DNA of 64,000 bases from assembly GCA_965220225.1 (NCBI GenBank), contig OZ244813.1, positions 2,826,570 through 2,890,569 of the forward strand, read 5' to 3'. The notes under the pieces were generated by a model. That model was not told the DNA's origin. It saw nothing but the letters and a program-made list of their open reading frames with translations, and did no database searches. This document shows positions 9,626 through 19,488 of this stretch, piece after piece (positions within the stretch are counted from its first letter, which is position 1; each line of letters starts with the position of its first letter). The DNA is from Dehalococcoidia bacterium (GTDB lineage: Bacteria; Chloroflexota; Dehalococcoidia; Lucifugimonadales; Australimonadaceae). Made by a program: the position numbers and the translations under genes.

Positions 9626-10726
9626 CTAGACGTTGAACAGGAAGTTGACGACGTCGCCGTCGCGCATCACGTAGGTCTTGCCCTCGGTGCGCAGGAGCGC
9701 CTGCTTGCGCGCCTCGGCGATGCTGCGCGTCCGAGCCAGGTCCCCGTAAGCAACGACCTCGGCGCGGATGAAGCCACGCTGGATGTCCGAGTGTATCTTG
9801 CCGGCGGCTTCCACCGCGCTCATACCCTTCGTGATCGTCCATGCGCGGCTCTCGTCCTCGCCCGTCGTCAGGAACGAGATGAGCCCGAGCAGGTCGTAGG
9901 AGAGGTTGATCATGCGGTCGAGGCCCGGCTCTCCCGCGCCGAGTGATTCGCGGAACTCGGCCTCGTCCTCCGGCTCCATCTGTGCAAGGTCGGATTCCAG
10001 CTTCCCGCATAGTGCGGCGGCGCCGACGCCGGGGCGGGCGAGGCGTTCGCGGATCTCGGCCTCGGTGGCGTCCGTGGCGTCGATGGCGTCCTCACCGATG
10101 TTGAAGACGATGATGAGCGGTTTGGCAGTGAGCATTTGGAAGTTCTCCAGGAAAGGCCTCGCCTCCACAGGCAACTCCTGCTCGCGGACCGGGACCTCAT
10201 CCTCCAGTCCGGCGCGTATCAGGCCGAGGATGTGCTGCTCGCGGGTTAGCAGGTCGCGCTCCGCCTGCCGCGCCGAACGCAGCTGCGAGGAGATGCGCTC
10301 CTGCCGCCGTTCGAGGATGGCCAGGTCCGAGAAGGTGAGCTCCAACTGCATGGTCGCAGCGTCACGATAGGGATCGACCGTCTCCTGCACGTGCGGAACG
10401 GAAGGATCGTCGAAAGCGCGCGCCACGAGCAGCAGAGCATCGCAGCGCTGGAGGAGGTTGAGGTACTCGCCACCGATCCCTTTCGTCTTCCCGAAGCCTT
10501 CCGGCGCGGCGGGGATGTCGATGTACTCGACCTCGGCGTGGACGATACGCTTCGGCTTGGAGATCTCGGCGAGGACGTCGAGGCGCGGGTCCGGCACCTT
10601 GGCGACGCCGATGTTGGGCTGCGAGGAGCCGCTGCGGAACGACGCCGTCTCGGCGTGGCCGCGCGTCACGGCGTTGAAGATGGTGGTCTTGCCGGAGAGC
10701 GGCAGTCCGAATATGCCGATGGCCAA
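9626..10726 (-). CDS. ychF: Redox-regulated ATPase YchF
   Basis: GLPLSGKTT P-loop, AGKIHSDIQRGFIRAEV and EGKTYVMRDGD; probable TTG start at 10726. Confidence 0.92.
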   Translation of the reverse strand: MAIGIFGLPLSGKTTIFNAVTRGHAETASFRSGSSQPNIGVAKVPDPRLDVLAEISKPKRIVHAEVEYIDIPAAPEGFGKTKGIGGEYLNLLQRCDALLLVARAFDDPSVPHVQETVDPYRDAATMQLELTFSDLAILERRQERISSQLRSARQAERDLLTREQHILGLIRAGLEDEVPVREQELPVEARPFLENFQMLTAKPLIIVFNIGEDAIDATDATEAEIRERLARPGVGAAALCGKLESDLAQMEPEDEAEFRESLGAGEPGLDRMINLSYDLLGLISFLTTGEDESRAWTITKGMSAVEAAGKIHSDIQRGFIRAEVVAYGDLARTRSIAEARKQALLRTEGKTYVMRDGDVVNFLFNV

Positions 10727-10794
10727 GGAACAGACCTCGCGGGGCAAAGATAGCGCCCCGCACCGGCGGGGCTGCGCCTCCGATTCTATCCCAC

Positions 10795-12567
10795 CTACCC
10801 GCCGAGCACCTGCGCCGCGAGCACGACGACGGCGAACGTGAGCAGGACAGCGGCGATCGCGATGCCCATGGGTGGACGTCCGATGAAGGCGAGCGCCTCG
10901 TCCGGCCCGCGTTCGCGTGCATAGGCGCTGAGCCGCAACAGGCGCGCCCACCCGGTGGCCGGGGCAACGGCCATGGCGCTCACGCGCCGCGAAAGCGCTC
11001 CAACGAGCCGTTCGCAGAAGGTGAACACGGCTTCCAGCGGGGTCTGTATCAGAACGCGTGCGATCGGCCCGGCCTTCCGGTAGAGCCAGTCGGTATCGAT
11101 GGTGATGGTCGCCTCGCCGCCGAGCCTCCCGCGCAGCAGCCAGAACCCGACCGCCGTGAATCCGAGCATCTGGAGCGTCCGCACGACGTGGTCGGCGTAG
11201 TACGGCTCGTAGGTGACTGGGAAGGGCAACAGGTCGTACAGAGCGGTGTAATGAACACCAATCCCAATGCACAAGGCTGCAGCCAGCACCATCGCGACGA
11301 TCATCCCGCGCGGTACCGGGCCGACGTGGATGTCGTCCCGCTTCGGCCCGAACCAGGTGAAGTACGGGAGCTTGAGGCCGGTGTGCAGGAACGTCCCCAC
11401 CGACGCGAGATAGAGCAAGGCCACCGCCCAGTAGATGTGCTCCTTCTCCGCCGCGTAGGCGACCAGCGACTTGGAAACGAAGCCGCTGAACAGTGGGAAC
11501 GCCGAGATGGCGAACGCGCCCACCATGTAGAGCACGACGACTGTCTTCATCCGGTCGGATATGCCGCCCAGGGCCGTGAGTGTGCGGCGGCCGGTGGCGT
11601 AGACCGCGGCGCCCGCGCCCATGAACAGCAGACCCTTGTAGATGACGTGGGCGAACGCATGCGCGACCGCTCCGTTGATCGCGATCTCGGTGCCGATGCC
11701 GACGGCGGCCACCATGTACCCCACCTGGCTGATGATGTGGTAGGCGAGCAAGCGCCGGATGTCGTTCTCCAGTACGGCGAAGACGACGCCATAGAGGGCC
11801 ATGATGACGCCGAGGATGATGAGGATCTCCCAGCCGGCGAAACCGCGAGCGAGAACGTAGACCGCGGTCTTCGTGGTGAAGGCGCTCAGGAACACGCTGC
11901 CGGTGACCCCGGCCTCGGGATAGGCATCGGTGAGCCACGCGTGCAGCGGAACGATCGCGGCGTTGATTGCGAACCCTCCGAGGACGAGCCAACCGGCGAC
12001 CGTGCCTTCGAAGAGAGTGAAGTCGAGCGAGCCGCCGGTGCCCAGGTGCCACAGGATGCCCGCCAGCAGCGTGCTGCCGCCAACCATGTGCACGAACAGG
12101 TAGCGCGTGCCCGCGCTGCGCGATCCGGGGTAGCCCCCTGCCCAGACCAGGTAGGCGGACGCGAGCGCCATCAGCTCCCAGAAGACCACCAGCGTCAGCA
12201 GGTCCCCGGCGAACACGACTCCTAGCGAGGTGCCCGCGTAGCCGAGGGCGGCCGCCTGCTGGTAGCGGTCCTCGAGGTGCCAGGCGTAGATCCCGCCCAG
12301 CGCGGCGGCGATCGCGAACACGTACCCGAACACGATGCTCAACTTGTCGGCGCGCAGCGGCTCCAGTTCCAGCGTGAGGTCATTGAAGGGGACAGGAGGT
12401 AACCAGGTGAACTTCCAGGAATCGCCCGCATCGATGCCCCATATCAGATAGGCAAGAACGACCAGCGGAGCGCCGACCGCGATGGCCTTGCGAACGATGC
12501 TCACGGGCATCAGCGCGACGACCCCCGCCGCGACGAGCAGGATGATGACGGGAGGGAAGCTAGCCAT
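10795..12567 (-). CDS. Mrp antiporter subunit D/A-like (Proton_antipo_M)
   Basis: PLHAWLTDAYPEA and RRLLAYHIISQVGYM. Confidence 0.85.
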   Translation of the reverse strand: MASFPPVIILLVAAGVVALMPVSIVRKAIAVGAPLVVLAYLIWGIDAGDSWKFTWLPPVPFNDLTLELEPLRADKLSIVFGYVFAIAAALGGIYAWHLEDRYQQAAALGYAGTSLGVVFAGDLLTLVVFWELMALASAYLVWAGGYPGSRSAGTRYLFVHMVGGSTLLAGILWHLGTGGSLDFTLFEGTVAGWLVLGGFAINAAIVPLHAWLTDAYPEAGVTGSVFLSAFTTKTAVYVLARGFAGWEILIILGVIMALYGVVFAVLENDIRRLLAYHIISQVGYMVAAVGIGTEIAINGAVAHAFAHVIYKGLLFMGAGAAVYATGRRTLTALGGISDRMKTVVVLYMVGAFAISAFPLFSGFVSKSLVAYAAEKEHIYWAVALLYLASVGTFLHTGLKLPYFTWFGPKRDDIHVGPVPRGMIVAMVLAAALCIGIGVHYTALYDLLPFPVTYEPYYADHVVRTLQMLGFTAVGFWLLRGRLGGEATITIDTDWLYRKAGPIARVLIQTPLEAVFTFCERLVGALSRRVSAMAVAPATGWARLLRLSAYARERGPDEALAFIGRPPMGIAIAAVLLTFAVVVLAAQVLGG

Positions 12568-12823
12568 CGCGGTGCTCCCCGGGTTCGGCCTCAACGTGCT
12601 CGCCGGTATACGGGTCGTCGTGCTTCATCAGGAAGGTGTGGCCAACCCATTTCGAGATGACGACGATGCCGATGCAGCCCACCAGGCCGAAGCCCACCCA
12701 GAACAAGGGCTCGTCGCTTCCGGCGAAGAGGAACTTGCGGTCGGGAACAAAGAACCGCTCAAGCACAACTGAGAGCACAACGCCGATGGCGACCGCGATG
12801 ACGATGGGCCTATCGATGATCAT
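12560..12823 (-). CDS. Small membrane protein of the Mrp operon
   Basis: Two TM helices; overlaps both neighbours. Confidence 0.7.
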   Translation of the reverse strand: MIIDRPIVIAVAIGVVLSVVLERFFVPDRKFLFAGSDEPLFWVGFGLVGCIGIVVISKWVGHTFLMKHDDPYTGEHVEAEPGEHRDG

Positions 12824-14337
12824 GGCGTCCCTCCGGCAAGCGCAACGGACTGCGGAAAGGCGTCAGCGGCAACGGTCGATGCGAGCTCGAAGAAACCGAG
12901 CGGCAGGTCCGGCGCGATGCCCCAGACCAACGCCAGCACCGCTGTCACGGCGATGGGTGCGACCATGCGCATGTCGGCCTCGCCGTACCGCGTGTGGTCG
13001 GGCGAGGAGCGCAGGAACGCCCGGATGACGATGGGGAAGAGGTAGCCCGAGGCGATCAGTCCGCTGACGAGGTAGACGATGAGGAATACCTGCTGGCCGA
13101 CCTCCACGGCGCCCCAACCGAGGTACATCTTGCTCGTGAACAGGATGAACGGAGGGATGCCCACCATGCTGAGCGAGGCGAGAGCGAAGGAGCCCATCGT
13201 GATGGGCATCTGGCGCCCGATGCCGTCCAGTTCGCTCACGTTCTCCTTATGCGTCCGCACGTGGATGGCGCCGGCCACGAAGAACATCGTGATCTTGGTG
13301 ACGCCGTGCCCCACGATGTGGAGCAGTGCGCCCGTGAGCGCAAGCGGGCCGATGAGCGCAACGCCGAGCACGATATAGGAGAGGTGGCTGATTGTGGAGT
13401 AGGCCAGCCTGCGCTTGAGGTTGTCATGCCGCAGCGCGAGCGTCGAAGCGATGAGCAGCGTCCCTGCCGACATGACGGCAAGCACCAACCACGCGCCCAT
13501 GTCGTCCAGCAGCGACGCGCCGAACACGAACACCACTACCCGCACCATGCCGAACACGCCAGCCTTGACGACGGCGACTGCGTGCAGCAGCGCCGAGACC
13601 GGCGTGGGCGCGACCATCGCGCTCGGCAGCCAGCTGTGCAGCGGCATCACCGCCGCCTTCACTCCGACTCCTCCGGCGAGCAGGACGAACAGCCCCCATT
13701 GCTCCGCGCTTTCCAGTCCCGCTCCGTCGAGGAGCCCGCCTGCCTGGAACGTGGCATCGATGCCCAGCACGTGCAGCCAGGCAGCCGCACCGATGAGCAT
13801 GACGCCGCCGGAAAGCGTGTACGCGAGGTACTTGCGTCCGGCGACCAACGCCGTCTCTGTCTCCCGGTGCGTGACCAGCGGGTACGTGAAGAGCGAGAGC
13901 AGTTCGTAGAAGAGGACGAACGTGAGCAGGTTCTCGGCCAGCGCCACTCCAGCGGCAGCGGCGATGCTCAGGGCGAATGCAACGAAGAATCGGGTCTGCT
14001 TCTGTTCGTGCTCGCCCCGCATGTAGCCGACCGCGTAGACGCCCGCCAGCACCCAGAGCACAGAGACGAGCAGGCCGAAGATCATTCCCGCCGGGTCAGC
14101 GCGCAGCGCGATGTCGATCCCGGGAGAGAGTTCCAGCAGCACCGTGCGGTGGATGCGCCCGTCCAGGGTGTCGGTGAGCATCAGTACGACGATGACCACC
14201 ATTGCGATGCCTGCGAGCGTGGCCCACGCATCGCGCAGGTTCGGCCAGCGTCCCGTCGTGAGCGCAGCGAGCACGGCAGCGCCCACCGGAACGAGCACGG
14301 CGGCGAGCGGGAGCCCGGATGCGAAGTTCTCGCTCAC
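12820..14337 (-). CDS. Mrp antiporter subunit D family
   Basis: PLHSWLPSAMVAPTPVSALLHAVAVVKAG and LKRRLAYST. Confidence 0.88.
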   Translation of the reverse strand: MSENFASGLPLAAVLVPVGAAVLAALTTGRWPNLRDAWATLAGIAMVVIVVLMLTDTLDGRIHRTVLLELSPGIDIALRADPAGMIFGLLVSVLWVLAGVYAVGYMRGEHEQKQTRFFVAFALSIAAAAGVALAENLLTFVLFYELLSLFTYPLVTHRETETALVAGRKYLAYTLSGGVMLIGAAAWLHVLGIDATFQAGGLLDGAGLESAEQWGLFVLLAGGVGVKAAVMPLHSWLPSAMVAPTPVSALLHAVAVVKAGVFGMVRVVVFVFGASLLDDMGAWLVLAVMSAGTLLIASTLALRHDNLKRRLAYSTISHLSYIVLGVALIGPLALTGALLHIVGHGVTKITMFFVAGAIHVRTHKENVSELDGIGRQMPITMGSFALASLSMVGIPPFILFTSKMYLGWGAVEVGQQVFLIVYLVSGLIASGYLFPIVIRAFLRSSPDHTRYGEADMRMVAPIAVTAVLALVWGIAPDLPLGFFELASTVAADAFPQSVALAGGTP

Positions 14338-15878
14338 GACACCCCCGGCAACAGGACGTGTTCCATGATTACAACATTCGCGACGCCGAGCACGACCGTC
14401 GCGGCAGCCAGCAGGACGAGCGGGAGCCAGACGTCCAGGGGAGCCTCGCGCGCTCGCTCCACCACCGGACGCACCGCCTCCTGCTCGACCGGCTGCGGCA
14501 CGCCGCCTTCAGGGGAGTCGTGCTCGTCATCGTGATGGGCGGACGGCTCGGGCTTCGCGGGGCGCAGGTAGACCTGCTCCAGCACCTTGAAGAGGTAGAC
14601 GGCGGTCAGCAGGGTGCTCAGCAGCACGACCACCACCACCAGCCACTGCCCTTCATGGACGCCCGCCTGCACCATGTACCACTTGCTGAAGAAACCAGCA
14701 GTGGGCGGGATCCCGACCATCGCCACTGAACCGACAGCGAATGCACCCATCGTGAGCTTCATGCGCGGTCCCAGCCCGGCAAGGTTGTGGGTCCGCTGCA
14801 ACCCGACACGCAAACGTATGGAGCCTGCCGCCAGGAAGAGCGTGGCCTTCATCGCCGCGTGGTTCACGACGTGGAGCAGGGCAGCGGCAATGGCGAGGGG
14901 CGTGCCGAGCCCGATGCCGACGGCGATGAACGCGAGTTGGCTGATACTGCTGTACGCCAGCATCCGGCGGATGTCCGTCTGCCCTGCCGCGGCGACGGAG
15001 CCGAACACGATGCCGATAAGGCCGAGGATGAGCAGTGCATCGGCAACGGGGACCGTGCCGGTAAGGTATCCGGCGGGGAACACGCTCAGGAACATGCGGA
15101 GCATCGCGTAGGCGGCGACCTTGGTCATCACCGGGGCGATGAGGGAGTTCACCGAGGATGGCGCATGCTCGTAGGCGTCCGGCAACCAGAGGTGCATCGG
15201 CACGAGCGCCATCTTCAGGCCGAGGCCGGTGAAGATGAACACCGCGCCCGCCTGCACCGCCCTCGTACTCTCTGCCCCTTCCAGCAACTGGCGCGCCTCG
15301 ATCATGTTCAGCGTACCGGTCGCGAAGTAGACGAAGCCGACTCCCAACAGGTAGAACGCCCCGCCGATGGAGCCGATGATGAGATACCGGAAGCCCGCGA
15401 GCATCGCCCTGCGTCCCCCGATGAAGACGAGCGCGTAAGCGGCGAGTGACGCTATCTCCAGGAAGACGAAGAGGTTGAACAGGTCGCCCGTGACGACGAT
15501 CCCGGTGAGGCCCGCGATCAGCAGTAACACGAGGCCGTAGAAGATACCCGGGCGATCGCCTGCTTCGCGCTCGGCCCAGCGGCGCGTCGAGATCAGGACG
15601 AGCAACGAAACGCTCGTCACGACGAGGCTGACGAACGCTGCCACCTCGTCGATCACGTACTCGATGCCGACGGGCGGTTCCCATCCTCCCAGGGCATAGC
15701 GGATCGTTCCATCCTGCAGCACCTGCCCCAGCGACAGCGCGGACGCGACGACAGAGACGGCCAGCGTGGCAAGGGCAATCCCGAACGGGCTCTGCCGCCA
15801 CTTGCGCCCGAGGATGGGAACGACGACCGAGAACAGCAGGGGAGCGCCGACGATGAATGCGGGGAGTTGCTGCTCCAC
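14334..15878 (-). CDS. Mrp antiporter subunit D family
   Basis: GGWEPPVGIE, GDLFNLFVFLEI and PMHLWLPDAY. Confidence 0.88.
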   Translation of the reverse strand: MEQQLPAFIVGAPLLFSVVVPILGRKWRQSPFGIALATLAVSVVASALSLGQVLQDGTIRYALGGWEPPVGIEYVIDEVAAFVSLVVTSVSLLVLISTRRWAEREAGDRPGIFYGLVLLLIAGLTGIVVTGDLFNLFVFLEIASLAAYALVFIGGRRAMLAGFRYLIIGSIGGAFYLLGVGFVYFATGTLNMIEARQLLEGAESTRAVQAGAVFIFTGLGLKMALVPMHLWLPDAYEHAPSSVNSLIAPVMTKVAAYAMLRMFLSVFPAGYLTGTVPVADALLILGLIGIVFGSVAAAGQTDIRRMLAYSSISQLAFIAVGIGLGTPLAIAAALLHVVNHAAMKATLFLAAGSIRLRVGLQRTHNLAGLGPRMKLTMGAFAVGSVAMVGIPPTAGFFSKWYMVQAGVHEGQWLVVVVVLLSTLLTAVYLFKVLEQVYLRPAKPEPSAHHDDEHDSPEGGVPQPVEQEAVRPVVERAREAPLDVWLPLVLLAAATVVLGVANVVIMEHVLLPGVS

Positions 15879-15880
15879 GG

Positions 15881-16258
15881 CTATTTCCTCATCTCGTCCA
15901 GCAACTCGCGTTCGTCGAGCGTCCCGAACTCGCGGTAGATGGAGACGAGGAAGCTGAGTGCGACACCGGTGATTGCCACGCCCACGACGATGGCCGTGAG
16001 CATGAGCACGTGCGGCAACGGGTTCACGTAGTCGTCCGGGTCCACGTGTTCGGCGCCGTGCACGCTGTAGAGGATGGGGAGCGTCGCTCCTTCCAGCAGG
16101 GAGCCGCTGATGAAGAAGAGGATGATGGCCGACTGGAAGATGCTCAGGCCGATGACCTGCTTGACAAGGCTGCGTTTGCCGATCATGCCGTACAGGCCAA
16201 CGACGAGGAGTACGGCGGTCGCCCAGTACGGAAAGCGTGCTGCGATCTCGTCGATCAT
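15881..16258 (-). CDS. Mrp antiporter subunit C
   Basis: NPLPHVLMLTAIVVG motif. Confidence 0.88.
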   Translation of the reverse strand: MIDEIAARFPYWATAVLLVVGLYGMIGKRSLVKQVIGLSIFQSAIILFFISGSLLEGATLPILYSVHGAEHVDPDDYVNPLPHVLMLTAIVVGVAITGVALSFLVSIYREFGTLDERELLDEMRK

Positions 16259-16710
16259 TGGCGCGAGCTGCCCGCGATGAGGTCGTAGATGAGCACCAAC
16301 ACGCCTGCGACGCCGAAGAACACGCCGATCTCGACGATGAAGATGCCCATGGAGCGGGCGGTGCGGTGCTCGCCGGCGAACTGGTTGTACCACTCCACGG
16401 GGATAGGGGCGTAGTCCAGGAAGTTCGCGCCGAGGATGAGCGGCAGGATGCCCCCGAACATGTAGATGCCGAGGCCGATGCACGTCAGCCAGATCAGCAG
16501 CCCCTGCGGTATACGCAGCGCCGCCTGCCGGTTCCCCAGCGCGAGCCGCACCAGCAACAGCGCGGCGGCGACGATGGCCCCGGCCTGGAAGCCGCCGCCC
16601 GGGCTAAGCTCGCCGTGCAGCAGCACGTAGACGCCGAAGACGAGGATGAGAGGCACCATGAAGACCCGTGCGATGAAGTGCAGGAGCATACTGTCGTACC
16701 GGTCATTCAT
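16255..16710 (-). CDS. Mrp antiporter subunit B (MnhB domain)
   Basis: HGELSPGGGFQAG. Confidence 0.88.
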   Translation of the reverse strand: MNDRYDSMLLHFIARVFMVPLILVFGVYVLLHGELSPGGGFQAGAIVAAALLLVRLALGNRQAALRIPQGLLIWLTCIGLGIYMFGGILPLILGANFLDYAPIPVEWYNQFAGEHRTARSMGIFIVEIGVFFGVAGVLVLIYDLIAGSSRQ

Positions 16711-17002
16711 CTCCGCTCTCCTCCTCCCGTACCCGTCGGCTGCGTTGGAGCACGAGAACGACGGCCAGTCCGGCGGTGAAGATGACGAACGTCTCCCCGA
16801 GCGTGTCGTAGCTCCGGAAGTCGGCCAGGATGGCGGAGACGAGGTTCGGGATCACCACCTCGGACTCAGTCATCTCCGTCAACTCCGGGGAGAGGTGCTG
16901 GTTCGCAGGCGCGTTGTGGTCCGCGCGGTCCGGCAGGTCGACGGATGCCCAGATGAGCAGGGCGACCAGCCCTGCCAGGAATGCCAGCATGAGCAGCTTC
17001 AA
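16703..17002 (-). CDS. MbhE/MrpB N-terminal-like subunit
   Basis: PNLVSAILADFRSYDTLGE. Confidence 0.85.
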   Translation of the reverse strand: MKLLMLAFLAGLVALLIWASVDLPDRADHNAPANQHLSPELTEMTESEVVIPNLVSAILADFRSYDTLGETFVIFTAGLAVVLVLQRSRRVREEESGDE

Positions 17003-17244
17003 TCCGGGGTCCTCCTGTCCACGATGCTGATGGCGGCTATCAGAAGAACGCCAGTCACGCCCGCGCCCAGCGCGGCCTCCGTGAGCGCGACGTCCACCGC
17101 GCCCATCAGCGCAAGGAGTGTAGCGGCCAGGAAGCTGTACACCGAGAGTGTCGCGATCGCCGCAATCATGTCCCTGACCGAGAGGGCGATCAGTGCGGCC
17201 ACCACGAGCAGTCCGAACAGAGACAACTCAAGCCACCAGATCAT
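16999..17244 (-). CDS. MbhD/DUF4040 subunit
   Basis: AVDVALTEAALGAG. Confidence 0.85.
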   Translation of the reverse strand: MIWWLELSLFGLLVVAALIALSVRDMIAAIATLSVYSFLAATLLALMGAVDVALTEAALGAGVTGVLLIAAISIVDRRTPD

Positions 17245-17543
17245 CCGTCGCCTCCTCTCTTCCAGGGCGACTGTCCCGTACGCAACGCCGCGCGGGTGAG
17301 CAGGTGCGCGCCAACGGGGTTCGCGATTGCGACGAACACCAGGATGAGCGCGAGTTTCAGGCTCACCAGCGTGGCGCCTTCGTGCAGGATGAGGCCCAGG
17401 AGCACGAGGGCGATACCCAGCGTCTCCGACTTCGAGACCGCATGCACACGGGAGTAGAAGTCCGGCAGACGCATCATGCCCAAAGCCGTGATGACCATGA
17501 ACGCGAGCCCCAGACCGATGAGCACGCTGCCTGCAACGCTCAT
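17241..17543 (-). CDS. Mrp antiporter subunit G
   Basis: RLPDFYSRVHAVSK..TLG and NPVGAH. Confidence 0.88.
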   Translation of the reverse strand: MSVAGSVLIGLGLAFMVITALGMMRLPDFYSRVHAVSKSETLGIALVLLGLILHEGATLVSLKLALILVFVAIANPVGAHLLTRAALRTGQSPWKRGGDG

Positions 17544-17845
17544 GCGTCCTCCTCGTCCGCGCCTCGTATCAGCGACCACAACTGGTGCTGGCGCGTCTCC
17601 AGGTACTTGCCCACCGCGGCCGTACCGATGAAGTTGAGCAGCGCATAACTCAGCGCAAGGTCGACGAACATATCGGGCCGCTCGAACACGAACCCGGTGA
17701 GCACGAGCAGGATGACCGCGTTCGTGCCTATGGCAGCGGCGGCCAGCAGGCGGTCGAAGGGGGTGGGACCAACCATAAGGCGGTAGAACAGCGCCGCGTT
17801 GATGGCCACCGCGATAGCCAGCACGGTCACGAACAGCACGCTCAC
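17540..17845 (-). CDS. Mrp antiporter subunit F
   Basis: GPTPFDRLLA and DLALSYALLNFIGT. Confidence 0.88.
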   Translation of the reverse strand: MSVLFVTVLAIAVAINAALFYRLMVGPTPFDRLLAAAAIGTNAVILLVLTGFVFERPDMFVDLALSYALLNFIGTAAVGKYLETRQHQLWSLIRGADEEDA

Positions 17846-18453
17846 GGCAACTCCTGTTCGATTGCAACGACATCGGTCAGCTGCACGCTATCAGGAGCAC
17901 TTTCACTGAAGATCCCCGCCACCTTGCGCTGGATGCTCCCCTCTTCCACACCCTGCCTGCTCCTGGCAGAGAGGCAGTGCACTACGAACCTCCCATCCGA
18001 AACGTCCATCGTCACCGTGCCAGGTGTGAGTGTTATGGACTGTGCAAGCAGCACCTGTGCGGACTCCGAACGCAACGACGTCTCGAACTCCACGAGGCTC
18101 GGCTTCACCGGCAGCCGGGGGTGCAGCACGAGATAGGCCACGTGCAGGTTGGAGAGCGCTATCTCCCAGAACAGCCATAGCGTGTAGAGGACGGAGCGTA
18201 AGAAGCCGCGGACGAACCACCCGAACGGGTATGGAACGTGTCGGAAGCGCAACTCCTGGTCGCCCGCGAACAGCCAGTGCGTGAGCGCAGTCCCGGCCAC
18301 TGCGACGACAGCGCCCGTGACGAGGAATTCGATCTCGGTGTGGCCGGAGAATGCGAACCAGACGGCGAAGAGGGCCAGCGTCTGGATCGTCCATCTGAGC
18401 ACCTGCCGTATCTTGGATGGCCGGACATCCACCTGACGGGGTTCGTTGCTCAT
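17842..18453 (-). CDS. Mrp antiporter subunit E
   Basis: LAQSITLTPGTVT..VH motif. Confidence 0.88.
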   Translation of the reverse strand: MSNEPRQVDVRPSKIRQVLRWTIQTLALFAVWFAFSGHTEIEFLVTGAVVAVAGTALTHWLFAGDQELRFRHVPYPFGWFVRGFLRSVLYTLWLFWEIALSNLHVAYLVLHPRLPVKPSLVEFETSLRSESAQVLLAQSITLTPGTVTMDVSDGRFVVHCLSARSRQGVEEGSIQRKVAGIFSESAPDSVQLTDVVAIEQELP

Positions 18454-18666
18454 TCAACCAAGGTCCGTATCGTGCTCATGTTCGCTCGCTTGCGGCAAGG
18501 TAGCAGGCTACGAACGGCGTGTGAGGACTGTCAAGGAGACACGGTGGCAGAACACCTCGGCCGAGCCCTTGACGGGCTCCGGGTGGTCAACCCGCTCATG
18601 GCGTCCGCCGGTGGCTCACCGGGGTTCGCGAGAACCTATAATCTGCTCGCAAGCAAGGAGGCGTCC

Positions 18667-19473
18667 GTGGCGCTCACATTCGAGATCGGCGACGAGTCCC
18701 GTCCTAAGGGGCATGCCCTGCTCTATTTCGGCAGTCCGCAGGCCGGGCTGCTGGCAACGTACGTTGTCCTGCTCCCGGTGAAGATGGACATGAGCAAGTA
18801 CCTCCCGCCCATGCTCGCGGCGCAGTTGGGGGGACTCGCGAGCGAGATGATCGGCGACGGCGGCGGCAGTTTCGCCGCCCCACCCATCCCGGAGGAAGTG
18901 GAATCGATCGAGCCGCTGCGCCACTTGGCGGAACTGCGGGGCGACGACTTCGTCTGGGGCGGAGACATGGTGCTGGGCGACCTCCAGGCAGCGATGCGGC
19001 AGGCCACGGAAGCCGTACACGAATACGAGACGCTCTACCAGCGCTACCTCGACGCCAATCCCCAGCCCGCTCCGGCTGCCCCCGAACGTTCGCTGCCTGG
19101 CGACGCTGGGGACACGAGCGGCAGCGTGCAGCAGGTCGTCTACGGACTGATGAGCGACCGCGACCGGCTCGCGGAGTTGTCGAAACTGGTCGGCGCCATG
19201 CGGTTCGCGCTCGAATCGCAGGACCATACGCTCGCTGAGGAGACGGACGTTTCACTGCGGGCATTGGGGCAGGCCCTTCCCGAGCGGTTCTGGGCCGAGC
19301 GCGTACGTGGAGCAGCCCGCAACCCCTCCGACGCCGGGGCGCGGCTCGCGCAACTGTACGTGGAGCGCTGCTACAAGCTGCTGGATGAGGACTTCGCCGC
19401 GGTGCAGACCCTGGAGGAGCAGATCTCCCTGCTTGCCGATGAGGCCCCGCCCCAGGGGGACATACGCGGCTAG
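18667..19473 (+). CDS. Conserved hypothetical protein
   Basis: AAGGAGG RBS before GTG at 18667; host-like codon bias; PKGHALLYF N-terminus. Confidence 0.7.
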   Translation: MALTFEIGDESRPKGHALLYFGSPQAGLLATYVVLLPVKMDMSKYLPPMLAAQLGGLASEMIGDGGGSFAAPPIPEEVESIEPLRHLAELRGDDFVWGGDMVLGDLQAAMRQATEAVHEYETLYQRYLDANPQPAPAAPERSLPGDAGDTSGSVQQVVYGLMSDRDRLAELSKLVGAMRFALESQDHTLAEETDVSLRALGQALPERFWAERVRGAARNPSDAGARLAQLYVERCYKLLDEDFAAVQTLEEQISLLADEAPPQGDIRG

Positions 19474-19488
19474 TCCCGCGCTGCCCTG

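Noticed and set aside
10727-12052. Apparent long N-terminal extension of YchF (808-aa ORF)
   Set aside because: It overlaps the Mrp subunit in another frame; YchF homology starts at about 10726.
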